64,000 bases of DNA from an uncultured virus (IMG/VR IMGVR_UViG_3300029906_000007). Taxonomy: Duplodnaviria > Heunggongvirae > Uroviricota > Caudoviricetes > Crassvirales. Each line of letters opens with the position of its first letter. The first letter of the stretch is position 1. The stretch lies in IMG/VR virus record IMGVR_UViG_3300029906_000007. One strand, 5' to 3'. The translations under genes and the position numbers were made by a program. Shown here in pieces: positions 19,413 through 31,100 of the stretch. Below the pieces are notes generated by a model. That model was not told the origin of the DNA, ran no database searches, and saw only the letters and a program-made list of their open reading frames with translations.

Positions 19413-22400
19413 ATGAGCAAAACTAAAATTCCTAATGTTATTCGTGGTGGTGTAGCTATTCCTCTTGGTAGAAATCTTTATTATATGAAAGGTAGAAAAC
19501 ATAGTCAAGGTGGAATAGACATTGGTAAAAATCCTCGTACAGGACTTGAAGTTGAAGATGGAGAAATAATTCAGATGAAACCTAAAGAACTTAGAGTTTT
19601 ATCTGCTCAAAAAGGAATTGGAACTGGTAATACAAGTCCTGCTCAAGCTGTTCTTAATGGTGCTAATCCAGATAAAGTTTTTCAAGCACAAGAGAATTTC
19701 AAAGATAGAAATGGAATAAATGATGATGGAACTAAAGCTGAACTTGGTATTAAAGAAACTCTTAGAAAATTATTTCCTAATATTGCTAAAGCATATGATT
19801 ATATAACAAAAGATAACGATAAAGAAACAAATATGTCTGAACCTAAAACAACTAATAAGAAGACTGGTCAATTACCTTATGGCTATACTCTTCGAAATTT
19901 ATATAAATTTGAAAATCCAGATCGTAAAGGTATAAAAAGAAATGTAGCTTATCCTTATGATAGTAGAACTATAGGTCCTGGTATTGATTTTAAATCTGGT
20001 CATCCTGAACTTGCTAAGAAAGCTAAAAAAGGTATTCCTCTTCAAGATGTAAATGATAGTGCTGTTACTCATCTTCGTAAAGATGATAATGTTATTATGT
20101 CTAATTATGCAGATATTTATGGTCAAGCTTCTGCTGATACTGTTAGTCATGGACCTAGATTTCTTGCTGCACAAGCTCGTTATCAACAAGGTAATATAAG
20201 AAAAGCATTTCCTGAAATAGCAAAAGCTATGTATAAAGGAGATGCTGAAGCTCTTAAAAAAGCTGTACTTAAAGTTACTCCTAAAGATCATAAATATAGA
20301 AGACAACTTGTTCAAGATTATGAAGTATATCCAAATAAAAAACAATCCGGTGGTATGATTCAAATAAATGGAAATGTTAAAAATGGTCTTATTTATACAC
20401 CTAGACCTAAACAAAAATGTGGTGGTAGAAGAAAAGCTAATAATGGAGATGTTATTAGATTTAGAGATATAAATCCAGCTACAAGAGGAGGTATGCCTGT
20501 TTCTGCTATTCCCACAGATATTGAATTAGAAGGTACAACTCCTTATGTTGATATATCGTTTAAAAGAGATACTACAGATAAACCTAATAAAATTAATATT
20601 CCAATTGATACTAAAATATTAGATAATTATTTATATAATACTATTAATGGAGGTCCTGTTTCTTCTAAAGCTGAACTTAATAGAATGACTTCTTCTGTTG
20701 ATTCTAAAAATCCTATAGAATTAAAGAAAAGTAATGTTAAACATGAACGTAGTCTTTATAAAAGACAATATAGTGAAGGCGAATATGAAAGAGCTGTTAA
20801 AAATGGACTTAATTCTCCTGCTGATATTGTTGCTATGACTCGTTCTGGAAAGAAATTTGGTAGAGATTATAATGCTGATAGAGAATATTATTTAAGAACT
20901 GGTAAATTTAGTGTTTATACTGATAATATTGAAGGTAATGCTGGATCATCACCCATATCTTCTCCTACGGGGGAACAAACACAAACTGCTACAACTACAC
21001 AAACTTCTAATGCTAAACAAACTTCTCCTACAGGAACAAGTAATACTCCCCGTAAAGGAACAACATCTGTTAAACCTAATACTTATTCTGTTACAAATTA
21101 TGTTATTCAAAAAGATGGTTCTGTTAAAGCTGATGGTGTTAGAACAGGTTCTGAATTTAAACAATATGAAAGACGTAAAAATCAAAAAACTGTTACTGAT
21201 GCTAAAGTAACTAAACCTTGGAGAGAAACTATTGGAGATGATGCTGATGTATTACATCAAATAGCTTTTGGTGATAATTTTGAAAATAAAAAAGTTCAAG
21301 ATGCTCATAGTAAAATACTTCAAGAAACAGGTTATAATCCTAAATCCGGACGTGCTGTAATTCATGAAGATGTTAGAGAATATAGTAGAAAATTTAATGA
21401 AAGATTTAATCAAGCTAATAAAAAATTAGGTTTATATACTATTCCTGCTGGAAAAAGCGGTGATAATTTTTATGGTGATATTAAAAAATGTGGAGGTAGA
21501 AAACGAGCTAAAGATGGATTAGAACATCCATATGAAGATGATATTGCTGGTGCACAATGGAATGAACGTCATTATGGTAATGCAGAAGATATACCTTATT
21601 TACAAGCTACTGTTGATAAATTACGTAAAGAAGCTGGAGTAAAAGAAAGACGTGCTTTCTTTGCTAGAGAAGATGGTAAAGCTGGAGCTATAGATGCGAT
21701 TCCTGAAGCTCAACGTAAATATGTTACAGTTGCTAAACCTACTATAGATTTATCTCCTATTAGTAAAACAGTTGTTCCTGAAGCACAAAAACGTGCTGCA
21801 TTAAAAGGTACTATTCGTGATAAATTTAATGAAGGTCCTACACTAGGAGATTGGATTGGTGCTGGTGTTAATTTAGCTGCTGGTCTCGGTGATTTCTTTG
21901 GTACTAATGCTTATCTTAATAAATTTAAATCTCCTGATCTTAGACTTCAACCACATCTTAAACTTAAAACTTATTATAATAATAATGCTGAAATTGATGA
22001 AATTAATCGTAATGTTGAAAATATTTCTCGTGATATAGATGCTAATACTGCATCTTCAAGTACAGCATTAGCTCGTAAAATTAATGCAAGAAATAATGCT
22101 ACTATGGCTAAAAATAAATCTTGGCAGAATAAATTTAATATTCAAGATGAACGTATTAATACTGAACGTAAACTTAATTCTAATATTGATGGTCTTAATG
22201 CATATAGATTTAATAGATGGTCTATTCGAGATGCTGCTATTAATAATGCTAAATATCAAGCTAAAGCAAATAATCTTGGTAATTTAATGGGTAATATTAG
22301 TGGAACTGTTAATGATGTTATTGCTCGTATAGAAGCACGTAGAAACTTTAATAATAATCTTGGATATATTCAAGGTGCTAATCCTAATGTTGATGATAGA

Positions 22401-22511
22401 ATATATGAAGATACTGGTGTGCAATTTGATCCACGTAGACGTAGATATATAAATACTCAAAAAGGTATTACATTTATGGCAAGATGTGGTAAACGTATTA
22501 AACTTAAATAA
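19413..22511 (+). CDS. Multidomain cargo protein with a possible lysozyme-like domain
   Basis: 1032 aa. N-terminal GRKHSQGG..EVEDGE motif; FEN...YPYDSRTIGPGID resembles a muramidase active-site pattern; C-terminal hydrophobic segment plus coiled coil. Confidence 0.5.
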   Translation: MSKTKIPNVIRGGVAIPLGRNLYYMKGRKHSQGGIDIGKNPRTGLEVEDGEIIQMKPKELRVLSAQKGIGTGNTSPAQAVLNGANPDKVFQAQENFKDRNGINDDGTKAELGIKETLRKLFPNIAKAYDYITKDNDKETNMSEPKTTNKKTGQLPYGYTLRNLYKFENPDRKGIKRNVAYPYDSRTIGPGIDFKSGHPELAKKAKKGIPLQDVNDSAVTHLRKDDNVIMSNYADIYGQASADTVSHGPRFLAAQARYQQGNIRKAFPEIAKAMYKGDAEALKKAVLKVTPKDHKYRRQLVQDYEVYPNKKQSGGMIQINGNVKNGLIYTPRPKQKCGGRRKANNGDVIRFRDINPATRGGMPVSAIPTDIELEGTTPYVDISFKRDTTDKPNKINIPIDTKILDNYLYNTINGGPVSSKAELNRMTSSVDSKNPIELKKSNVKHERSLYKRQYSEGEYERAVKNGLNSPADIVAMTRSGKKFGRDYNADREYYLRTGKFSVYTDNIEGNAGSSPISSPTGEQTQTATTTQTSNAKQTSPTGTSNTPRKGTTSVKPNTYSVTNYVIQKDGSVKADGVRTGSEFKQYERRKNQKTVTDAKVTKPWRETIGDDADVLHQIAFGDNFENKKVQDAHSKILQETGYNPKSGRAVIHEDVREYSRKFNERFNQANKKLGLYTIPAGKSGDNFYGDIKKCGGRKRAKDGLEHPYEDDIAGAQWNERHYGNAEDIPYLQATVDKLRKEAGVKERRAFFAREDGKAGAIDAIPEAQRKYVTVAKPTIDLSPISKTVVPEAQKRAALKGTIRDKFNEGPTLGDWIGAGVNLAAGLGDFFGTNAYLNKFKSPDLRLQPHLKLKTYYNNNAEIDEINRNVENISRDIDANTASSSTALARKINARNNATMAKNKSWQNKFNIQDERINTERKLNSNIDGLNAYRFNRWSIRDAAINNAKYQAKANNLGNLMGNISGTVNDVIARIEARRNFNNNLGYIQGANPNVDDRIYEDTGVQFDPRRRRYINTQKGITFMARCGKRIKLK

Positions 22512-22514
22512 ATT

Positions 22515-25100
22515 ATGGCTGGATTTCGAATAGTTAATAGACCTATAACTCTTCCTGCTGATTTAGGAATTGTTGAAAGAAGTTATAATCAGTTAGAACA
22601 AGGTCATCAAAATACAATAGCTGCTGCTAGTAAATATAAAACTGTTCTAGCACAGCTTGATTTAGCTCCTGAAGAAGATGCTTGGAGACAACAACAAATT
22701 GCAAAAGTTGATAGTGCTCTTAATAACAATATGCTTTATGGGAACGCTTATACTGCTATGGATGATGTTAATAAAGCTATTGGAGATATTGAATCTGATC
22801 CTGGTATGATCGGTAGACTTAGAGCACAAAAAAGTTTTAAAGAATGGAATACTAAACTTGATCAAGCTAATCTTACAGAACAACAACGTAATTATTATAG
22901 AGAAGTTAATAAATATCATTATGAAGATGTTAAAGATTCTAATGGTAATGTAATTGGTGGTACTGATTGGAAACCTAGTGATAATTTTGTTGATTCTGTT
23001 GATAGAAGTAAATTAATGCAAGCTGCTCTACAAATTGTTGCTAAAGATGCTGGAGGCGGTAATCAAATTTATTATATGGATGCTAATGGTAATTTTACTA
23101 CAGATTTTAGTCAATCTTATGATAAAATGCCATATTTAAATGTTGCTGGTAAATATGAAAAAGTAACTAAAGAAAAACTTCAAGCTGCATTACAAACTGT
23201 TATTGCTAATACTCCGGGTGCTCAAGCAAGTCTTGATCAAGATTATAAAATTGATATGTATTATCATAATAAAGATAATAAAGGAGGAATTGATGCTGTT
23301 ACTGATAGTAAAGGAGTATTACTTAATAAAGAACAATATTTACAAAAAGCTTTTGACCCATTTTTTACTAGTGCTACATATTCACATTATTATAGTCAAG
23401 TTTCTCCTTTAGCTGGTATGTCTGCTGCTGCGTATAAAGCAAAACTTGCATCAAAGAAAAAAACTGGAGATAATTTATATGATGCTCTTGCAATGAGTAG
23501 AGCAACTACTCCCGGTGTTTATTATCTTGATAAATATGCTAGTGCTTCTGGTGCTATAGCAAAACATAAAGCTGCTAGTGACATATTAAATAATATTGCT
23601 AATTCTATTGGTGTTCAATTTGATCCTTCAAATGTTCAAGGAAGTTATCAAGCTATAGTGAATAAATATAAATCTCAAGGTGGAGTTGTTCCTAAAGAAG
23701 TTTATGATGCTTATAATGAATATTCAGAAAGTCTTAATCAATATAGTCAATTAACTAGTGGAATAACTGATAAAAAAGAAAAAGCTAAAATTGATGCAAT
23801 TACTGCTATTGAAAATGGTGTTGATTTAACTAGTCTTGTTAATAATGGTAATGATTATGCTAAACAATATATTAATCTTATTAATGAAGCATATGGAATT
23901 AATGATGAATTAGTTATTCCTATTGATAATAAAACAGATTTAACTAATATTTTAAATGCTCTTAGTACTAATGGTTTACCTAATGGATATAAAGAATATG
24001 GTGTTGAAGTTAGATATGATCAAGATGGAAATCCTCAAATAATTCTTCCTAAACAATATTCTAATAATTTAGCTATTGTTAGTGAAGCTATTAAAAATAA
24101 TATATCTTTTATACCAAATCCATTATATTATACTTATGCTACTAAAGGTCAATTTAATAATATTCCATATTCTATAACTAAAGCTAGTAATTTTTATGAT
24201 AATCTTAGTAAAGAAGTTGATAAACTTGCCATATCATCTGAATCTGTTCCTATTCCTACTGAATTAGTTTCTAATGAAGATCTTATAGTTACTATGGCTC
24301 AAAATGCAGTAGAAAGCGGAGAATATCCTGAAATTAATGCTGCAACTAAATGGGCTGAGTCTGCCGTTAATGCTGTTTTTAATTCTGGTCAAGGTCATCT
24401 TTTACAAATGATGATTAGTTATAATGGAACACCTGCTGCTCCTGCTAATCCAGATGAATCTGCAACTATTAGAAAAGCTGCTTTAAGTGCTGCTCAAAAG
24501 ATTCGTAATAATGGTAAAGGTGTTGTAAGTTTATCTTATGATAAAAATACAGGTAAACAAGTTATTCGTGTTATGCCTAGTTATGATGATTGGAATACTC
24601 CTGATGTTGCACGAGAATTAAGAGCTGCTGGTGTTGATAAAGATATGACAGATTATACTATGGTTATAGATAATCTTACTAATAATGAATATAAATATAA
24701 AGTTCTTAATAGTCCTCAAATGAAAAATTCTAATGCTTTTTATAATAGTGTTAATGCTGGTGTTACTCAATTTGATATATTTAATAATGGACAATTAATT
24801 AATATGGGAGATGGTAGTTTTGTTTATCAAGATGGTACTGATTTATTTCCTACTACTTTAACTTATAAAGAAGCAAGAGATATTTATACTAAAAATAAAC
24901 TTTATCAAGATCTTGTTTATAATTATGCTATGATGACTGATGCTGATGGAAATATGAGTGCTGCAAATCTTGCTTATTTTAATTCTATTGTTAGAAATAT
25001 GGCAGAAACTATAAGTACGGATAAAACCGAATCTGATATTAATTTTAAATTTAATAGTATTATTCGTTCTATTCAAGAAGATGCTAAATCTTTAAAATAA
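22515..25100 (+). CDS. Virion cargo protein, function unknown
   Basis: 861-aa helical-looking protein in the cargo block upstream of the RNA polymerase. Confidence 0.55.
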   Translation: MAGFRIVNRPITLPADLGIVERSYNQLEQGHQNTIAAASKYKTVLAQLDLAPEEDAWRQQQIAKVDSALNNNMLYGNAYTAMDDVNKAIGDIESDPGMIGRLRAQKSFKEWNTKLDQANLTEQQRNYYREVNKYHYEDVKDSNGNVIGGTDWKPSDNFVDSVDRSKLMQAALQIVAKDAGGGNQIYYMDANGNFTTDFSQSYDKMPYLNVAGKYEKVTKEKLQAALQTVIANTPGAQASLDQDYKIDMYYHNKDNKGGIDAVTDSKGVLLNKEQYLQKAFDPFFTSATYSHYYSQVSPLAGMSAAAYKAKLASKKKTGDNLYDALAMSRATTPGVYYLDKYASASGAIAKHKAASDILNNIANSIGVQFDPSNVQGSYQAIVNKYKSQGGVVPKEVYDAYNEYSESLNQYSQLTSGITDKKEKAKIDAITAIENGVDLTSLVNNGNDYAKQYINLINEAYGINDELVIPIDNKTDLTNILNALSTNGLPNGYKEYGVEVRYDQDGNPQIILPKQYSNNLAIVSEAIKNNISFIPNPLYYTYATKGQFNNIPYSITKASNFYDNLSKEVDKLAISSESVPIPTELVSNEDLIVTMAQNAVESGEYPEINAATKWAESAVNAVFNSGQGHLLQMMISYNGTPAAPANPDESATIRKAALSAAQKIRNNGKGVVSLSYDKNTGKQVIRVMPSYDDWNTPDVARELRAAGVDKDMTDYTMVIDNLTNNEYKYKVLNSPQMKNSNAFYNSVNAGVTQFDIFNNGQLINMGDGSFVYQDGTDLFPTTLTYKEARDIYTKNKLYQDLVYNYAMMTDADGNMSAANLAYFNSIVRNMAETISTDKTESDINFKFNSIIRSIQEDAKSLK

Positions 25101-25101
25101 T

Positions 25102-28100
25102 ATGCCTAAACTTAATGATTTATTAATTACTGGAAATAAAGCTCCAGCTGTTAATGCAGCCGGAGCTTCAAAATATAATCCATTCGCTAAACTAGCTGAA
25201 GATTATGGAATGATGAATAAAACTTCTGATTTTCTTATGTCTGAAACTGGTGTAAATAATTCTCCCTTTAAAGGAGATTGGGAGTCTTATAGCGAATATA
25301 ATGTTCCTATTAATCCTATTGATACAGAAGAAGAACTTAATAGACAAAGAGCAAATAATCAATCTTTTGGTGAACAATTATTTAATAGTTTAGCTCAAAC
25401 AGTTGGTGATCAAATAGTTCTTGGTACTTTAGAAGGATTTGTTAATATTGCTGATGCTATTGCAGGAAATCCTGGTGGAGATTATCAAAATACTGCTAGT
25501 GCTGCTATTGCAAAATGGAGAGAAGATTTTAGAGATCAATTTGCTATATATGAAAAAGATCCTAATAAATCTTTTGCTTTTGGAGATTGGGGATGGTGGT
25601 TTAATAATCTTCCTAGTGTTGCTAGTAGTATTAGTTTAATGATACCTAGTGGCATGATTGCTAAAGGTATTGGATTATTAGGTAAAGCTATTACTGCTAC
25701 TAAATATGCTAATAAAATTAGAAATGCTGTTCTTGCTACTAAATTAGGTAATAGTGTTAATTTTATTAAAGGTGTTAAAGCTGGAAAAGAAGCTATTGGA
25801 ATATTAGGTCAAGCTGCTATATCTCGTGTTGGTGAAAATTATATGGAATCTCGAGATACTTATAATAATGTTATAGTTAATGCTGAAAATGCATTTGACA
25901 ATATGACTGATGCACAATTTAATGAATTTATTAAAAATAATCCTGAATTTGAAGGTAAAGATAAAAAAGAAATTGCTAGAATATTAGCTGGAGAATCTGC
26001 TGATGAAGTATTTAAAAAAGATATGGGACTTATGCTTTTTGATGCTATGCAACTTAAGGCTCTTAAATATCTTTGGAGAGGTAATTCACAATCTTCTCCT
26101 TTAAATGCTGCTCTTAGAGAACATCAACGTAAAGCTATTTCTGCTATTACAGGAAAATCTTATGAACCTCTTAAAGGATATAATAAATTTATTGATTTTA
26201 TTAAAAATAGAAATTATAAAATTATAGCTACTGAAGCTTCTGAAGGCGTTGAAGAAATGTGGCAATATGTTGCTCAAACAAAAGCTATTGATGATGTTAA
26301 AAATAAATTAGATCCTTCTCAAAAAGTTAGAAGTCATCTTGATTATCTTAAAGATGCTGAAGCATGGGAAGCTGGATTTTGGGGATGGCTTGGAGGTATT
26401 GCTTTTCAAGGTCTTGGTGATGCAGTTACTTATGGATATAATAAATATCAAGATAATAAAGAAAAAAAGAATAATCCTAATGCTGGAGAATTTAATATGA
26501 AAAGAGCTCAAGGAGTATTAGATTCTTATAGAGCTGCTGAAATTGATTCAAGAGTTGCTGCATTTAATACTTTTAATGAAAGAATGAAACTTACTAATGA
26601 AGGTAAAGATGTTAATAGACCTATTACTAATATTGATGGAGAATTGGTTCGAGATGAAAATGGTGATATAATGTATGAAGATCTTCCTGAAGGAGGAGTA
26701 GAATATGCTAAAGAATCTATTAGAAATGAATTTTTAACTAATCTTACTATTAATGCTAAAAATGCTGGTAATTATGATTCATTAGTTGAATTTGTTAAAG
26801 CAACTGAATTAGGTCAAGATGCTGATTTTACAAATAAAGCTTTAGCTGATATGGAATATATAAGTACTATGTATGATGTTGAATTAAATAATGTTATGCA
26901 AAATACTACTTCTCCACAAATAGCTAAACAAATTGCTGTAGATAATGTAACTCATAGACTTACTGCTGAAAGAGCAAATCGTGAAGCTAATGAATATACT
27001 AATACATATAATCAAACTTTATCTTCTATAAGAGAAACAAATAATGAACTTGCTAATTCTACAGATCTTCTTGCTAGAAGTGTTGAAAATGCTTATATAG
27101 AAGAAGAAATTAATGCTACTGAAGAAAATATTAATAAACTTGAAGAATCTTATAAAAATGGAGAAATTAATCGTACTCAATATCTTGAAACATTAAGACA
27201 TTATAATACTATAAAAGATGCTCTTACTAAATATAGAGATAAATTAACATTTACTGATTCTCCTCGTATTGCTGGTACATCAGAAGAATTATTTACTCAA
27301 TTACTTAATATTAATGAACAATTAGCTTTAGCTAAAAGATCTGAAGTTAATGCTAAAGAATTAGCTGCTATATCTAGAGAATCTGTACTTGTTACTAAAG
27401 ATAAAATTAAAGAAAAAGTTAATCATGTTAATGCTATAAATGAAGCTTTTCGTAAAAATGAATTTGAAAATGCACTTAAAGATATAAAAGATATTATTGA
27501 ATCTGAATCAATTGATAATAAAGATGTAATTGAATATCTTAATGGAAGACCTAATAATTTATCTGATGCTGTTAAACAAAAACTTGAAACTGCTATTGAA
27601 AAATATGATCTTTTTAGTTATGATAATTCTCGTGTTAATGATTTTATTACAGCAACACTTCGCAAAGAAAGTCAAACTCCTTCTACAACTACAAATGGAA
27701 TTAATACTGATGGAGTTGGTATACCTACACCTCCTCATCCAGATAGTCAATTAGAAGAAGATCCTCTTGAAGGCGGATATAATACTGGTACAGATATTAC
27801 TACATCAAGTTCTTCTCCTACAGGGGAACAACAAGGAACTACCCCTGTAAAGGAAGTTGATGAAATAGATGGTAATGCTGTTGTAGTTAGTAAACCTGAT
27901 GAATCTGATCTTGATTTAACTGAAGATGAACGTAATTATTTTAGAAGTGAAGCTGAAGCTGGAAGATCTGAATTAGATCAAGAAAATGAATTAGCTAAAG
28001 AACGTAATAAACTTATTGCTGCAAATAATATTGATTATTATAAAAATCCTAATTTTAATTATGCTGCTGAAAAAGAAAAAGTTAGAAAAGAATTAGAAAA

Positions 28101-31100
28101 AGTTAGTCCTAGTCCTATACTTACAAATCATGTAATGAATGAATATCAAAGTGCTCTTATTGATTATATATTTAGAGATATGACATTTGAGGAAGCTATT
28201 CAACTTCCATTTATTAGAGATATTTATACAGGACTTGATAGTGCTATTAATTTTTATGCTAATAGACTTGTTAATGCGATAGATAATAATATTGATACTT
28301 TTATAGAAGCTATTATTAATCAATATATTAAAACTCATAATATTGTAGGTAGTGATCAAAAACGATATGTTAATATTGATTCTATAATGCGTGATATAAT
28401 ATCTTCTGGTATTACTGATTATAATAAACTTAAAAATATTTATAATAAACTTATTAATTATTTTACAACTAATCCTAAATCTAAATTTAAACTTGTTGGA
28501 GGTATTCCTGAACCAATTAGTGATGCTAAAATTACTTCTTTAATTAAAGATGTAAATAATGCTTTAGAAAGTAATCTTAATGCTGATAGTTTTATTACAA
28601 CTCCTACTAATGATAAACGTGTTAAAATATATAGTAATAAAAGTCTTAAACCTAATCAACCTTTATATTTAAGAATAGGTTATAGTGGAAATAGTAGATC
28701 TAAAGGTATTAATGGTATTGAAATATATGAAAGAGATGATAAAGGTAGATATGTTAAAATAGGATTTAATAGTAAAGGAACTAGAACTTCTGATGGAGAT
28801 GGATATATATTTAATAGTAGATCTTTTCCTTATGCTATATATAAAAAGAATGGTACTTATGAATCTATATTTGATGAATTATTTAATGAATTATTTGGTT
28901 ATACTATTACAGAAAATGGAATTATTAATAATCCAAAAAAACCTGAACAAATTGAATTTTATAATGCTATATTAGATCTTGTAACATTACGTAAATTAAA
29001 TCCTGATACTAATGTTAATCTTAATTATATAAATACTAATAGATTCACTAAGGAAGAAATTGATAAAGATATTGCTATTATTATGAATAATGATATAGTT
29101 AAAAGAATATTTGGTGAAAATAATCCTGTAAATGTAGAATCTCTTATTAATATTATTGCTCCTATTATTAATTATAATAATATTTCTGATAATAATTTTG
29201 TTAGATATAATAGTTATAAGAATTTCTTAGCTAGACAATATTTTAATCTTGCTTTTGTTGATGAAGTTATTGATAGAATTAATAGAGAAAGTACTAATGA
29301 TAATGATGCATATGTAGAAGTTCAAGTTGCTTCAAGTAGTTTTGGAGAAGCTATTGAATCTGATACTCCTTCATATATAGATCAAGCTGTTGTTAATTAT
29401 AGTAATACTGTTTCTGGAAGTAAAGAAATTGGTAATACCGAACTATGTTGTAATTATCAAAAAGGTAAAATTAAATTTGCTAATGGAACTGAATATAATC
29501 TTGAAGGATTTCAAAGTGAAGGTAGTGGTGTTATGGTTGCTATATCTAATGGAAGTAATCAACCAACATATAGACCTATATTTGGTGATACTTTAGATTT
29601 TAGTAATAAAAATGGATTAGCTTATAATATTAAAGAAGAAGTTGTTAATCTTTTAGTTAGTTATCAAAATGGTAATATAAGTTTTGATGATTTAAGTAAT
29701 AAATTACATGATATTATTAAATATGATTCTCTTGTTCAAGGTTTTGTTATTAGTAAAAGTGGTGATAGAATTATTATAAGTAATTATAAAAATGTTGGTA
29801 ATAAATTAGCTGATATTACTATTTATAAAAGAGATAAAAATGGTAATGATAATACTGGTATTTCATTCTTTGAATTAGGAGATAAACCTGAAAATGATAC
29901 TGTTACATCATCTAGTAAATTTCCTAGAAAAACTCTTGATGAAAAAATAAGTAAAATATTATCTAATGGTAAATTTAATATTAGTAGAAATTATTATCTT
30001 GAAGGAACTGATATTAAAACTAATTATGTTTCTCATGATGCTAATGGAGAATTTAAAATTACTATTAATGGTAAAACATTTTCTGGAAAAAATTATCTTG
30101 ATTTTATAGTAAAAAATAAACTTGGAAAAATTTATCTTGGAAAAGCAAATATTAATGGAATAAATACTAACTTTATGCCGACAACTTCTACGGGAAATCA
30201 GGCTGCGAATAGAAATGTTCAAGTTATGTTTACTCCAAAAGCTGGTGATAATGCAACTACAGTTATTACTGCAAAAGTAAATAGTTTATTTAATAGAGCT
30301 GAAGAAGAATATAAAAAACAAAATAGACTAACTGTTAAAGCTAGTTCTATTATTGAACAATTTGCTCCTCATTTTTCAAATATTGTTAATCTTAAATTTG
30401 GTAATAATAAACTTATTAAACAAGATACTGAGTTCGAATTAGTATTAGCTAAAGAAGATAATGAAGGTATTAATGCTGATGCTTCTTATGATATTAAAAA
30501 TAATAAATTTATTATTTATAGAAGAGCTTTTGAAACATTAGTTAATAATCCTAATAATATTGGTGAACGAGAACTTGTTAGAATGATTATTCATGAACGT
30601 GTTCATCAATTAATTAGAACTAATAATACAGCTATAGATATAAATGCTATTCAAAATGATACTTTAGTTATTGCTAAATTACTTTATGATAAGATTAATA
30701 ATAATACTACTGAATTAGAAAATTATGCTACAAATAATAATATTGATATTATTAAACTTAAACGACGTATTAATATTATATTAAATACATATCTCAATGA
30801 TAATCATATAGCATTTAAAGAAAATAAAGATAATGATAATATTGAAACAAATAGAGCATGTGAAGAATTTATTGTCGAAATGCTTACTAGACCAGAACTT
30901 ATTAATCTTGCTAATAATCTAACTTCTGATCTTGAATTTAATAATAATGATAAACCTAAATCTATATGGCAAAAATTTATTGAACTTATTGGTAAAATAT
31001 TTTTTGGTAAAAAATATGATGTTAAAGATAATAGTATATTAAATGCTCAAATTAGAGTTTTAAGTAATCAATTAATAATTAATTCAAATAATTCTGAAAT

